Source: a virus
Taxonomy: Duplodnaviria > Heunggongvirae > Uroviricota > Caudoviricetes
Virus record (IMG/VR): IMGVR_UViG_2737471835_000007
Reading direction: 5' to 3' (one strand)
Length of the DNA stretch: 47,347 nucleotides
The translations under genes were made by a program, and so were the position numbers. Shown in pieces: positions 19,657-29,289 of this stretch; positions within the stretch are counted from its first letter, which is position 1, and each line of letters opens with the position of its first letter. Under the pieces are notes generated by a model that saw only the letters and a program-made list of their open reading frames with translations, made no database searches and had not been told where the DNA came from.

Positions 19657-20274
19657 TTAAATTAAAAACAGGCCGCACGGTTTGCCGATTTCCCAGACAA
19701 CGTTACCGCCATCCTCTTTTTTCACCGTCAGGTTTCCGTCAACTGAAACCATCAGCAGCTTAATATCCACTTTCGGATTAGCGCCGGGTGATCCCGAATA
19801 AACATCAACCATGTTTTTCGTCAGATCCCACACAAAACCACTGGCAGCAACGGTGTTATTTCCATCAGCCAGCGCAACAACTTCTGCACTGACAGGGAGA
19901 GGAATGCGGGCACCTGAGCCAACGCGGTAATAGTGAACAAAGCCACCCGCGAGATATAACGGCACCGGATTATCCGGCGTGGTAATGCCATGAAATGCCT
20001 GATTAAAGACAGTAAAGGCGTTACAGGCGTCCTTCGTGGCTTGTTTAATTACCGCGCCGTTAACGCTGTCTTTCGCGGGAGCAATGCACTCCATAACTCC
20101 AACGCCACCCCATACCGGTTCAGTGATTTTGCTGTCCAGTCGACCGGAGCAAAGTTGCAGACGAATTGCCGGATCATCCTGCGCATCCCCCTGCATCAGC
20201 CCACGGGATTCGACGTTAAAAAGGCCACCAAATGCTCCACGGTTTTTAAACGGATGAAAGTTAATATCAGCCAT
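19657..20274 (-). CDS. head protein (decoration/structural)
   Basis: 205-aa ORF between scaffold and capsid genes. Confidence 0.5.
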   Translation of the reverse strand: MADINFHPFKNRGAFGGLFNVESRGLMQGDAQDDPAIRLQLCSGRLDSKITEPVWGGVGVMECIAPAKDSVNGAVIKQATKDACNAFTVFNQAFHGITTPDNPVPLYLAGGFVHYYRVGSGARIPLPVSAEVVALADGNNTVAASGFVWDLTKNMVDVYSGSPGANPKVDIKLLMVSVDGNLTVKKEDGGNVVWEIGKPCGLFLI

Positions 20275-21589
20275 TGTTCAGGCTCCCTTGAGTGTTAATT
20301 TTTGCCAGACGACGCCCCGGAATTTTGAAAGCACTCAGCCAGACGTTCGGATCGCCCTGATATTCAGTAATGCGACGTCCGGCTTCATCGTTGCGGATAC
20401 GTTTATGCAGTTGCCCCTGCGTACTCATCATTTCTTTTTCGATGGACTGACGGGCGGCACTGAAAATTGCGTCCTCAAGCACAGCCAGCGTTGCAGAATC
20501 CGCAATCGCGCGAATATTGACGTCCTTATGTGCCGGAGAGTGTTTCTGCATAGCGATTAGCGCACGCTTGCGGTAGTCCAGCGCATTTTCACCAGAAAAC
20601 GGTGCTGGCGCGTTTTTACCGCAGGCACTGAATGCGGAGTCGGCTTTTGCCTGTGCTTCTGCCAGGGCTGAGTCATTGCGTTCTTTTTCTGCCTCCTCGG
20701 CAGCCTTACGCTGTTCTTCCGCTTCGGAATCAGCCTTTGCTTTCTCCTCAGCGTCTTTAGCTGCCGCCTCGTCAGCTTTGGCTTTTTCTTCCGCCTCCTT
20801 TGCCGCAGCTTCATCAGCTTTACGTTGTTCCTCTGCGGCTTCATCGGCTTTGGCCTTTTCTTCGGCCTCTTTTTTCGCCTGTTCTTCGGCATCCGCCCGC
20901 GCTTTGTCCCGCTGCTCCAGTGAGTCCATGCGCGTAACGACACCATCGATTTTCTGATTAATGCCTTGCAGGGCATCGCTCACAACCCCCTGTAACAGGG
21001 CCTGGAGTTCTTCTTTTTCCATCTCGATTTCACCTGTGTTTGTCACTTCAACCCCTGCGGGGATCCGGTCTTTATCCCACACACCCAGCGAGCCGTGGGC
21101 TTTCGTCACCAGGGCGATGTGATCAACCAGGAAAGGAACGCCCTCGATTAAAAAATTGGTGTCACCTTCCTGTACTTCCACATTTCCTGATGTGCTGTTG
21201 AACACCACCGACGGACTTGTCGAAACATCCCCCTCAGTGATTTCTTCAACAATGCTCTGGAGGTAAACGCGGCACACCGCCCATACCTCATCACCCCGGA
21301 TATACGGCAGCATGACGCTACCGACGATCCGCGATTTAAAATCCTCCTCCGTCAGAACTGCGTCGTCAGGATGGTTTGTGATAACCGGAAGGCCATTGCA
21401 TCGCCTTAAAAACTCCTCGTTCAGATAGAGCTTTGGATCACGCCAGACGTGCTCTTTCAGCCCGGCGCGATAGGCAAGCCCGGTTCCGGTTATGCGCAAA
21501 TTCACCAACCACATGTTGGAGAATTTCACCGGAGACGGTACGGTTCCGTCCCTGATGCGTTCTGCCACTTCAAGCTCGGTTAAACTCAC
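20267..21589 (-). CDS. scaffolding-like protein (DUF2213-type)
   Basis: 440 aa with central low-complexity EEKAKADEAAAK repeats; position after head morphogenesis gene. Confidence 0.6.
   Translation of the reverse strand: MSLTELEVAERIRDGTVPSPVKFSNMWLVNLRITGTGLAYRAGLKEHVWRDPKLYLNEEFLRRCNGLPVITNHPDDAVLTEEDFKSRIVGSVMLPYIRGDEVWAVCRVYLQSIVEEITEGDVSTSPSVVFNSTSGNVEVQEGDTNFLIEGVPFLVDHIALVTKAHGSLGVWDKDRIPAGVEVTNTGEIEMEKEELQALLQGVVSDALQGINQKIDGVVTRMDSLEQRDKARADAEEQAKKEAEEKAKADEAAEEQRKADEAAAKEAEEKAKADEAAAKDAEEKAKADSEAEEQRKAAEEAEKERNDSALAEAQAKADSAFSACGKNAPAPFSGENALDYRKRALIAMQKHSPAHKDVNIRAIADSATLAVLEDAIFSAARQSIEKEMMSTQGQLHKRIRNDEAGRRITEYQGDPNVWLSAFKIPGRRLAKINTQGSLNNG
20690..20910. repeat. imperfect tandem codon repeats in scaffold gene
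   Basis: Repeated GCC TTT GCT TTC TCC TCA GC-like units encoding A/E/K-rich coiled-coil. Confidence 0.6.
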
Positions 21590-22403
21590 GTTTGCCCTTC
21601 TCCGTTAAAAATTCGTCGGGTAGTTTCTGAGGGGCGTAGATCGGCAGAGCATCGCAACTGCAATAAACCTCCTCCCCGGCAGCAGTGATTTCGTCATAAA
21701 AACCATATACGGGCTTAATAAGCCCCTGCTCCAGCGCCCACGAATCGCGGAGGAGATAAATTTTCTCGTCGCGCTCTTTGTGGTCCTGTCGGTATTTGTA
21801 GCCCGGACGCCGCCAGTTAGAATGCCAGCGCAGAGCAATCGCACCACTCTGAACAGCCAGCAGATACTTAACGTTGCTCGCCAGCTTATGTCCCTGGTCA
21901 ATTGCCACCCGGCGACTGATAAAATCCATATCCTTCACGGACTTCTGAAAACCGGACTTCACTTCCCGGCGATCAATTTCGCTCACCCCGTCAGGCGGAA
22001 TGGACGTAACCCATCCCTGAAAACGCTGTATGGTTTTCTCGATAGCCTGTTCGCGGTTGAGTTTTATCAGGTTGGCACTGGCGAAAATTCGCCTGTCGAG
22101 TTCCTTGCGAAACTCAGGTTTCAGTTTTTCAACAGTGATTTTTTTAGGGCCGTCAGGAGGCTGATCCCGTAATGCCCCGCCGTCGATGACAAGACGGCTG
22201 TAGATAGCGGTGAGATGTTTTCTGGCTACGGTATCATCAGGGGTTTCTCGCTGAGCGGCTACACGGAGTTTCCGGCACCATTCGAGCAATGATTTTTCGC
22301 TATCCCACCCGTGATTTACGTAGTAGTTAACGGCATCCGTCAGAACCTCATACAGCGTCCTGATCCGTTTCTTCTTCCTCCCCGCCCGGCTGGAAATTGC
22401 CAT
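21570..22403 (-). CDS. head morphogenesis / minor head protein
   Basis: ORF following portal; start set at MAISSRAG with AGGAG ribosome-binding site; overlaps portal 3' end. Confidence 0.5.
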   Translation of the reverse strand: MAISSRAGRKKKRIRTLYEVLTDAVNYYVNHGWDSEKSLLEWCRKLRVAAQRETPDDTVARKHLTAIYSRLVIDGGALRDQPPDGPKKITVEKLKPEFRKELDRRIFASANLIKLNREQAIEKTIQRFQGWVTSIPPDGVSEIDRREVKSGFQKSVKDMDFISRRVAIDQGHKLASNVKYLLAVQSGAIALRWHSNWRRPGYKYRQDHKERDEKIYLLRDSWALEQGLIKPVYGFYDEITAAGEEVYCSCDALPIYAPQKLPDEFLTEKGKREFNRA

Positions 22404-23787
22404 CAGGCGTCTCCTGCTTCGGTGGTTCATAATTCGCCAGGGCGTCCACATCAATGATGAGTGGAGCTTCGCCATAGGTCTGCGTGGCATTAACAAGGCT
22501 TGCCAGCCATTCAGTGACGGCGGCACGGTTTTCAGGATCAACCTGTAGCGACACGGCAGAGAAAAGTGCTATCGCCTGTTGAATCACTTTACTGTCGCTT
22601 TCCCGGCGTTTGTCCGGCGACTCCTCCACCAGCTCCTGCCACGTCGCGGTAAACTCGCGCCGCCACTGGTAAAACGTGGTTTTATAGTCCTCGGTTATGA
22701 TGTCCGGGTAATCATTTTTCAGCGACTGATAAAATTCCTCGTTCCAGGCGATGTACTGCACCAGGCGTTCGAAATAATCCATCACAGGTTCAATCTGCTG
22801 GCGTACACCATCGATATACTGGCTGATGGCTTTCGAGTCCTCGGTTCCTTCACCGAAACCATTCGAGAAAGCCTCCTCCTTGATGAGAATCGCGGGAACA
22901 TCGCTACCTGATGCAATATCGGAAATAATGTTGTCGCGGGCGGCATTTAGCGCGCCATCGATGTTTTGTAAATTCAGCGAGGTAACGTCCTCATCCTTCC
23001 CGATACTAAGCACACCTTTATTTTTTGCCTCTTTGACATTTTCCCTTTTTCGTCCCGTGGCGGCAGCCATGATCCCGTCAAGTTTCGAACCATACTGCAC
23101 AACTTTAGCCACCAGCACGCCAGCCTTCTGGCTGACGAGATCATTCGCCTCCATCGTATTGATATAGGATTTCAGGGAATAAAGAACGCGCTGAAACACG
23201 CTTCGCCCGGTGAATCCGAACGATGAACTCTGAAACTCCAGATAAATCGGTGTGCCATTGAAAATTTTCAGTGTGCGTGACGGATGCCAGTCTTTTCCGC
23301 CAATCTTCAGCTTTTTATTGGCTTCCTGGAAAAACGGGCTGTTTGGGTTCTGGTCAGTCACCATCGAACCAGAAGCGTTCAACGGGTCCCACGCGTTGAT
23401 ATACACATCATCTTCTGTCAGTCCGAATGTCGGAAGCGGCTCACGACATGGAACACTGTCGGTGCCCACGCCGATCGCTGCGGCACCGTAGCAACGAGAC
23501 AGAAAAAACAGATTTTTAATCTTCTCGTTAACCTTCATACGTTCCCATACCTCCTGGAAACGCCGCACAACCCGCTCGTCAGGGTCTGTCTCCACGTTGT
23601 ACTGACGCGGCTTACACATCGCCATAAGTATGGGTTTTTCGACAAGTTTTCCGCCCAGAGGATGGAATTGCCACAGCTGCTTACACAATTCATAGCCAAT
23701 GTCGGTTCCCGGCTGAATTTCTTCAGCCTCAAGAATATGCATCAGTGCTGAACCGAGGCCGCCAGTAATCTCGATCTCTGCCATCAA
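22348..23787 (-). CDS. portal protein
   Basis: 479 aa directly after terminase large subunit, acidic C-terminus. Confidence 0.75.
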   Translation of the reverse strand: MMAEIEITGGLGSALMHILEAEEIQPGTDIGYELCKQLWQFHPLGGKLVEKPILMAMCKPRQYNVETDPDERVVRRFQEVWERMKVNEKIKNLFFLSRCYGAAAIGVGTDSVPCREPLPTFGLTEDDVYINAWDPLNASGSMVTDQNPNSPFFQEANKKLKIGGKDWHPSRTLKIFNGTPIYLEFQSSSFGFTGRSVFQRVLYSLKSYINTMEANDLVSQKAGVLVAKVVQYGSKLDGIMAAATGRKRENVKEAKNKGVLSIGKDEDVTSLNLQNIDGALNAARDNIISDIASGSDVPAILIKEEAFSNGFGEGTEDSKAISQYIDGVRQQIEPVMDYFERLVQYIAWNEEFYQSLKNDYPDIITEDYKTTFYQWRREFTATWQELVEESPDKRRESDSKVIQQAIALFSAVSLQVDPENRAAVTEWLASLVNATQTYGEAPLIIDVDALANYEPPKQETPDGNFQPGGEEEETDQDAV

Positions 23788-23801
23788 AAATATCCTGATT
23801 T

Positions 23802-25130
23802 TTACAACTCCGCGTAATTACCGTGCGCGATGATCAATCCATAGGTGTAACAATCGAAAAGGTCATCAGCACGTTTATGCGCGTCTTTATCCGCCAGGTG
23901 GAATCCGGCGATTTGTTTTATGAGGTGGTTTGCGGTGGTGCGCTTGAATGAAACGGTCTTGTCGTAAGCCTCCCGGACGATTTTGCACATCCCCTGATAG
24001 TGGTAGCTGGATGCCATCACCGCCCGTTCGTCTTTGCCCTTGCTGGTTAGTGCCGATTTAATCGGCGTCATATCCCAGCCTTCGGTTTCCGCCTTCTGGT
24101 TGAGGATTGCCCCCATCGCGGCGTCTTCCATAAAAATTCCCTGGCTGCCCAGACGCGGACGGCATAATTTCGCGAGGCGCTCAAGGTTGTCATAAACGCC
24201 GGGGATATATTCAGGAAGCAATGACGCTTTAATTTGCGTAACATCCCAGTCAATAATCGTCAGTTTTGGCTCTTCCGAATACGTTGACTCATAAGCGAAA
24301 TACAACACGCCAGTACCATCATTTTCGGTCCCGCCTTTCAGCGCCGTATCCATCACTGCGAAAATCATGTCGCAGTACGGCGGCATCTCAATCGGCTGAC
24401 CGTCCACCAGCAGCTTATCGACATCGAGTAACGCGTCTTTGGACCAGTCCACGAACTCGGCAAGATATTCCTGCTGCCAGACGCGCGGATCGGATTTCTT
24501 CTCCGTTTCCTCCAGTTCTTCTTTCGGAATATACGGATTCGATGAAGTTGGCGCATGGTGCATGACAAATCCCAGGGATTCATCGTGGCATATCGCGTAG
24601 AAAAAATTGCTCTCGTCGATACCGTTTGGTGTGGAAAATACCCACGCACAGCCGCGGTAATCGACAAGCGTCGGGCGTATAGCTCGGGGCCAGATTTCCT
24701 CGAGCATTTCCGGCGATTTAGTGAATGCTGCCTCATCAATCAGCACAGCGTGATATTTACGCCCACGCCCGGCCAGTTTGTTATTGTCCGTTACCCAAAA
24801 GTCGATGCGCCCCCCATTACGGAGAATAATGCGCTTTTCATTTTTTGACTGGCTGAGGATCAGCGGTTGCAGAACGGCGCTAATTTCATCCCAGATTTCC
24901 TGGTACTGGCGGTATTGTGCGGTAAAAATCCCCACCCTACCCGCGATAAGTTGCCCGGTGGTAGGAACGGCAAATTTCCGCGTAGCGAAACTGGTAGCGA
25001 TGTTTACCAGCATCACCGTTTTACCCCAGCGACGACCACAGCATACCGCGTGGAAGCGTTCCTCTATTGCCGCCGTCCATGCAGCTATTTGCCCCTCATG
25101 AGGTTTTGGGAGGTAGATTTCAATCGACAT
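23802..25130 (-). CDS. terminase large subunit
   Basis: Walker A-like CCGRRWGKT and Walker B-like AVLIDEAAF; 442 aa. Confidence 0.85.
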   Translation of the reverse strand: MSIEIYLPKPHEGQIAAWTAAIEERFHAVCCGRRWGKTVMLVNIATSFATRKFAVPTTGQLIAGRVGIFTAQYRQYQEIWDEISAVLQPLILSQSKNEKRIILRNGGRIDFWVTDNNKLAGRGRKYHAVLIDEAAFTKSPEMLEEIWPRAIRPTLVDYRGCAWVFSTPNGIDESNFFYAICHDESLGFVMHHAPTSSNPYIPKEELEETEKKSDPRVWQQEYLAEFVDWSKDALLDVDKLLVDGQPIEMPPYCDMIFAVMDTALKGGTENDGTGVLYFAYESTYSEEPKLTIIDWDVTQIKASLLPEYIPGVYDNLERLAKLCRPRLGSQGIFMEDAAMGAILNQKAETEGWDMTPIKSALTSKGKDERAVMASSYHYQGMCKIVREAYDKTVSFKRTTANHLIKQIAGFHLADKDAHKRADDLFDCYTYGLIIAHGNYAEL

Positions 25131-26211
25131 TATCCACTCCCGGCATCGGCAGAGAGTTGTGGATAATTATTTCGTTATTCTCACCACCCACGCCTTTTTT
25201 GAGGTTTTCAATCTCAGTGCGCAGCTTTTCGTTGCGAAGCCTCAGTCCTTCAAGCTCCAGATCATTGCGACTGTCAGTTGCACCACCAGCAGAACTTCCT
25301 TTCGTCGCCATTATCAGCTTGATAAGTTCGCGCCGGGCGGCAGCCTTATCCTCCAGCAGGATCTCAACACCAAATTTCCCGAGCTTTGCCCCTGCATATA
25401 ATTGTCGCGCATCCCCATCAAGCAGAGTGGTATCAGCCATATAAAGCTGTCCCGTTCCCTCACCGCAGCACTTCGGACAATCCGGATTGGGTATGGCGTT
25501 ATCAACAAAGCCGAGGCCTCCATATTCCGGCTCGGGTTTGCCATCTCTGGAGGCCTGTGCCGCTGCCTTATCGAATTCTGCAATATCACGCCACTGGTAG
25601 AGATGATTCTCGCCCCAGCAATAACGGCAGTTAACACGGCGAAATTGTGCCAACTGATTGGGGTCGGCCTGGACAATAGCCATCAACTGACTCACCAGTA
25701 AATCCAGGTCTGCGGTATAGCGTTTCTGATACTGATTGCGGAAGTAGCTGATAGCACGATAAACCCTGGCATTTCTAAGCATACGGCTGGCGTTGCTGTT
25801 AGCTGTCGCACCTTGCCCCTCATAACCAGCCAGTCGGTATGCCTCTGTCGGCTTTTTCCCCTGAGCAACAAGCATCGCAAACTTAGCCTGCTGGTCAGAA
25901 ATGCCGAATTCATCGGGGCAGAACGAAAATTCCTCCGCGTCGCCCTCATTCAGGCACGCATCGGATACTGGCTTTTTTTTCTGAGATTTTCCGTTCCGCT
26001 TTTGCGCAGTCTGCGCAGATTTTTTCTGCGCACTTTGTTGCGCAGTTTTGCGCATTTCTGTCTGCGCATTTTTCGGAGGTTTTTTGATGTAACGACGGGC
26101 TGTTGCGTAATTCAGTCCCCTTGCCTCACACCATGCCACCGGAGATACACCGGAGCGGGTGTATTCAGCAATATATTCCTGCTGCAACGCCCCCCAGTCC
26201 GGTCTGCTCAT
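25120..26211 (-). CDS. terminase small subunit
   Basis: N-terminal HTH; MLVAQGKKPTEAYRLAGYEG...SRMLRN motif of small terminase family; Cys-rich zinc-ribbon-like segment. Confidence 0.6.
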   Translation of the reverse strand: MSRPDWGALQQEYIAEYTRSGVSPVAWCEARGLNYATARRYIKKPPKNAQTEMRKTAQQSAQKKSAQTAQKRNGKSQKKKPVSDACLNEGDAEEFSFCPDEFGISDQQAKFAMLVAQGKKPTEAYRLAGYEGQGATANSNASRMLRNARVYRAISYFRNQYQKRYTADLDLLVSQLMAIVQADPNQLAQFRRVNCRYCWGENHLYQWRDIAEFDKAAAQASRDGKPEPEYGGLGFVDNAIPNPDCPKCCGEGTGQLYMADTTLLDGDARQLYAGAKLGKFGVEILLEDKAAARRELIKLIMATKGSSAGGATDSRNDLELEGLRLRNEKLRTEIENLKKGVGGENNEIIIHNSLPMPGVDNVD

Positions 26212-26214
26212 TAG

Positions 26215-26424
26215 TTAGTCCTGATTTTTATCCACCCTGAGTAGTTCACGCAGGGCAAAGGCATCCCCTTTTCTGGCAAGCTTAAACAATGCCGCCCGTA
26301 GTTCGGCTTCACCTTTCGCTCTGCCCTTACGGATGGATGCGTAAAAATCTGTCATTGCTTCCCGATTTTCTTTCAGTCGGTTCAGATCAACATCCAGAAC
26401 GTCAGCGATTTGTTGTGCAGTCAT
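26215..26424 (-). CDS. small putative DNA-binding protein
   Basis: About 70-83 aa ORF between DxD enzyme gene and small terminase; start uncertain. Confidence 0.4.
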   Translation of the reverse strand: MTAQQIADVLDVDLNRLKENREAMTDFYASIRKGRAKGEAELRAALFKLARKGDAFALRELLRVDKNQD

Positions 26425-27334
26425 CCGGCACGCTGCCAGAGACTCGACTTTCGAATACGGAATCATTTGTCACCCCCATTGATATGCAGGGTGTCTTCTT
26501 CCTGTATTTTTCGTGAAGGATTTTTACTGCAGCGTTGTTCCAAGTGACCTGATGGTGAATGCGTTTATGGCTGGCCCCCATCAGTGAGATTTTTACGCAC
26601 GAGGGCGCATACATGACGGAGTAAAAACTTTTAACGTAGGTTCCGGAATCCAGATACAGCTCGGTCATTCCGCCGCTGTTTTTCTGCGTCTGTTTCTGCC
26701 CTAACTGGACAGCACCGATCGTCATAAACAATTCACCACAGCGACCGAGATTCGTGTACGTATTCACATCCTCGTTAATGCGCCCCATGAATGAGAACGG
26801 TCGATCAACCGAACAGATAAAGCTGTTCATTGCCTTGCGTTTCACCCACGAAGCATGGCCGCCATTGTCACCAAGAAAATCCCCGCCCTGCGACATAGCG
26901 ATGGAAAGCGCAGGTATTGATTCGTAGTACGCCAGCATTTCAGAAAGGATCGCATCCAGTTTTCTTATCGGGAAATAGGCCTGGTCATAGTTGCGATCCA
27001 CCCGAAACTGGAACTCGTGATAATCATCATCGAGCTGAATGAAGTATTTACACCCGACCAGTTTTGCCAGGTCGAAACAGGCATTACGGGCGTAAAAAAT
27101 TGAGCGGCGATCACCGAAATTATCGGCTTCGTCAAAACGACTGGCTATATCGGCTTTGGAAAACACCAGCACCTGTTCACCAAATTCAACTATGTACTGA
27201 TGCCGTGTCTTATCTTCATCATCAACAACGATAAAAATTTTCCCGGTATAGCCAGCACGACGCAACGTCCGGTAAGTCAGAACTTTGTCCGGTCGCCCGT
27301 GAGTCAGAATAAAGGCGCAAAAATCATCACGCAT
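26402..27334 (-). CDS. hypothetical enzyme with DxD-like motif (possible nucleotide-sugar transferase fold)
   Basis: Start at MRDDFCAF with GGAGGAGG ribosome-binding site; motif FIQLDDDYHEF; translationally coupled to the ParB-like gene. Confidence 0.55.
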   Translation of the reverse strand: MRDDFCAFILTHGRPDKVLTYRTLRRAGYTGKIFIVVDDEDKTRHQYIVEFGEQVLVFSKADIASRFDEADNFGDRRSIFYARNACFDLAKLVGCKYFIQLDDDYHEFQFRVDRNYDQAYFPIRKLDAILSEMLAYYESIPALSIAMSQGGDFLGDNGGHASWVKRKAMNSFICSVDRPFSFMGRINEDVNTYTNLGRCGELFMTIGAVQLGQKQTQKNSGGMTELYLDSGTYVKSFYSVMYAPSCVKISLMGASHKRIHHQVTWNNAAVKILHEKYRKKTPCISMGVTNDSVFESRVSGSVPDDCTTNR

Positions 27335-28115
27335 ATTCCTCCTCCCCGCCATGCATGATCTCCACCATGTGCTGCGTCATCCGGACAAATCCATTTTCAA
27401 TAGCCTGCTGATAATCAATGATCACCAGCGCCGACTCCTCAAAAAGGCGCTGAATTTCAGCGGGGGCGTGAGCGTAATAATCCGCAATTCTGCTGAAATT
27501 AAACACCGTGTGGCGTTCTGCCGCGCACAGGAGGAATTTTTCGATATCAGGCTCAAGGGACGCCGAACGTATCCGGCTGATCAGCTCCTGAGTTTTCGTA
27601 TCGTCGTACAGTTCACTGATATCCGGTTTATCGCCCGACGGCTCATAAACAGGCGTATCAATTTTCGTCGTATACTGCTCCTCCTCATTTCCGGTACCTG
27701 GCAAAACTTCCATCAACAGTTCATCAATTTCTGTTGGGCTGAATCCTGTCAGGGAGATATCAAAATCAGCATTGATTAGCTCCGACAGTTCCACCCGTAA
27801 CAGTTCTTCATCCCAGCCAGCGTTGAGCGGCAGGCGATTATCTGCCAGGCGGTACGCCTTTTTCTGATCATCCGTCAGGCCAGACAGAACAATGACCGGA
27901 ACAGAATCCATTTTGAGCACCTCAGCCGCCATCACGCGACCGTGACCAGCAATAATTTCGCCCTTTTCGTCAATCAGCACCGGATTGGTCCAGCCGAATT
28001 GCTTAATGCTTTCTACCAGTTGTGCCACCTGCTCAGGGCTGTGTGTCCTGGCGTTGTGCGCATACGGAGACAGTTTTTGCAACGGGCGATAGACGATCTT
28101 CAATTTCTCGCTCAT
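27327..28115 (-). CDS. ParB-like nuclease domain protein
   Basis: N-terminal ...LSPYAHNARTHSPEQVAQLVESIKQFGWTNPVLIDE...IIAGHGR matches ParB/Srx-type N-terminal domain. Confidence 0.75.
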   Translation of the reverse strand: MSEKLKIVYRPLQKLSPYAHNARTHSPEQVAQLVESIKQFGWTNPVLIDEKGEIIAGHGRVMAAEVLKMDSVPVIVLSGLTDDQKKAYRLADNRLPLNAGWDEELLRVELSELINADFDISLTGFSPTEIDELLMEVLPGTGNEEEQYTTKIDTPVYEPSGDKPDISELYDDTKTQELISRIRSASLEPDIEKFLLCAAERHTVFNFSRIADYYAHAPAEIQRLFEESALVIIDYQQAIENGFVRMTQHMVEIMHGGEEEYA

Positions 28116-28238
28116 ACAGCCTCGCTTTATGAATAAAAAAGCCCGCTATCGGCCAGTGCGCTGGGTGCGCGGCGGGTGCTGATAACGAGCTTTGACATTA
28201 TCGCAGCCCCTCACACTGAAGGGCTGCTGTAATGCCTG

Positions 28239-28538
28239 TTACTCAGTAACAACTGCGCCTTCCGGTAATTTCATACCGGCAAATACCGGACAACCAGGAT
28301 GACAATCATCTTCTGTTGCTTCCAGCATTGACTCACCAAACCACTCCGTCGTGGCGCGACCATCAGCTGCTTTGTAGTGGATCAAGTACTGGTTTTCGCC
28401 ATCCGCATACTGCGCGCGGGCTTTAACCTCCCCCCATTCATCACTGATGCGCATCTCCACCAGTTGAGACAACTCAAACTTAAACGGAGCAGCATCAGCA
28501 CCAATTACAATCGGTTTGTTTTTTGTTTTTTCCATCAT
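28239..28538 (-). CDS. hypothetical protein
   Basis: 99-aa ORF with AGGAG ribosome-binding site; start MMEKTKNKP. Confidence 0.5.
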   Translation of the reverse strand: MMEKTKNKPIVIGADAAPFKFELSQLVEMRISDEWGEVKARAQYADGENQYLIHYKAADGRATTEWFGESMLEATEDDCHPGCPVFAGMKLPEGAVVTE

Positions 28539-28673
28539 CGTCTCCTGATATCGAAGCCCGCCGCCGCACCGGGCGCTGATCAACATTTGAGTATTCGCAG
28601 CGAAAGAAAGAATTTATTTTATTGAGTAGCCACAAACACAGAATTTCGTGCTTTCCAGACGATGGCGCATCCT

Positions 28674-28844
28674 TCATTTTTCAGCAAAATATTCTGCTCT
28701 TACAGGCGATAAGTTCTGCAGACACTGCCGAACACCGTCAACAATTTCGCAGACCTGAGAAGCCGTATCGAAAAGCTGGCGCGCCTTATCCAGGCTAACG
28801 CATCCCACCAGGAAAAAGGCACCAGTATCGCTACCAGTGCCCAT
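28674..28844 (-). CDS. small Cys-containing ORF embedded in another frame (possible o-spanin-like)
   Basis: Overlaps 28700-28891 in a different frame; contains LVGC lipobox-like motif but no convincing signal peptide. Confidence 0.2.
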   Translation of the reverse strand: MGTGSDTGAFFLVGCVSLDKARQLFDTASQVCEIVDGVRQCLQNLSPVRAEYFAEK

Positions 28845-28891
28845 TTCGCCGCCGTTCGCGGCATTCTGTGTGTCCAGTGTTTTCTGCTCAT
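28700..28891 (-). CDS. small membrane protein (possible i-spanin-like)
   Basis: 63 aa, ATG with AGGTG ribosome-binding site 7 nt after endolysin stop; N-terminal TM segment AAKWALVAILVPFSWW. Confidence 0.3.
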   Translation of the reverse strand: MSRKHWTHRMPRTAAKWALVAILVPFSWWDALAWIRRASFSIRLLRSAKLLTVFGSVCRTYRL

Positions 28892-28905
28892 AACACACCT
28901 GGTTA

Positions 28906-29289
28906 TCAGCGTTTCAACTGAAAGTGAGGCCCGTCTTTCAGTGTTTTCCAGTCCCCGCCCCATTCGATGGCAGTTCCCAGCTCTGCGGCAGCCTTCTTAA
29001 ATGCCTGCGCGATTTTCTCGTACAGAGGCCAGTCCCATGACACCTGGCTGCCAACCCAGGCAACAACATCCACCGCATCACCGGTCAGGTGGCGGCTGTT
29101 CATGGTCTGGCTTTTCCCTTCCGCGACCAGCTGTTTCTGGCGTTCTTTCGTGCGCAGCCCTTCCGTAATACCGAAATCAACCTCCGTCAGCTCCAGCGCA
29201 CGGCGAACGACAGCAACCAGCTGTGGTTTAACGCCCTCCAGATTTTTTTCACTGCGACGGCTGAATCTGAATTTACCCGACATATTCAC
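28906..29289 (-). CDS. endolysin (L-alanyl-D-glutamate peptidase, M15-like)
   Basis: 127 aa with ...SRHLTGDAVDVVAW...GGDW...GPHFQL typical of small M15 peptidase endolysins. Confidence 0.8.
   Translation of the reverse strand: MNMSGKFRFSRRSEKNLEGVKPQLVAVVRRALELTEVDFGITEGLRTKERQKQLVAEGKSQTMNSRHLTGDAVDVVAWVGSQVSWDWPLYEKIAQAFKKAAAELGTAIEWGGDWKTLKDGPHFQLKR

Noticed and set aside
20557-20976. 139-aa and 93-aa ORFs overlapping the scaffold repeat tract
   Set aside because: Arg/Lys-rich or Ser/Ala-rich alternative-frame translations of the codon repeat; no start context.
25813-26214. 133-aa plus-strand ORF and other antisense ORFs across terminase genes
   Set aside because: Antisense to the small and large terminase genes with clear motifs; Arg/Leu-rich composition.
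28205-28230. Hairpin GCAGCCC...GGGCTGC downstream of the 28239-28538 ORF
   Set aside because: Good stem but no adjacent U-run on either strand, so not called as an intrinsic terminator.
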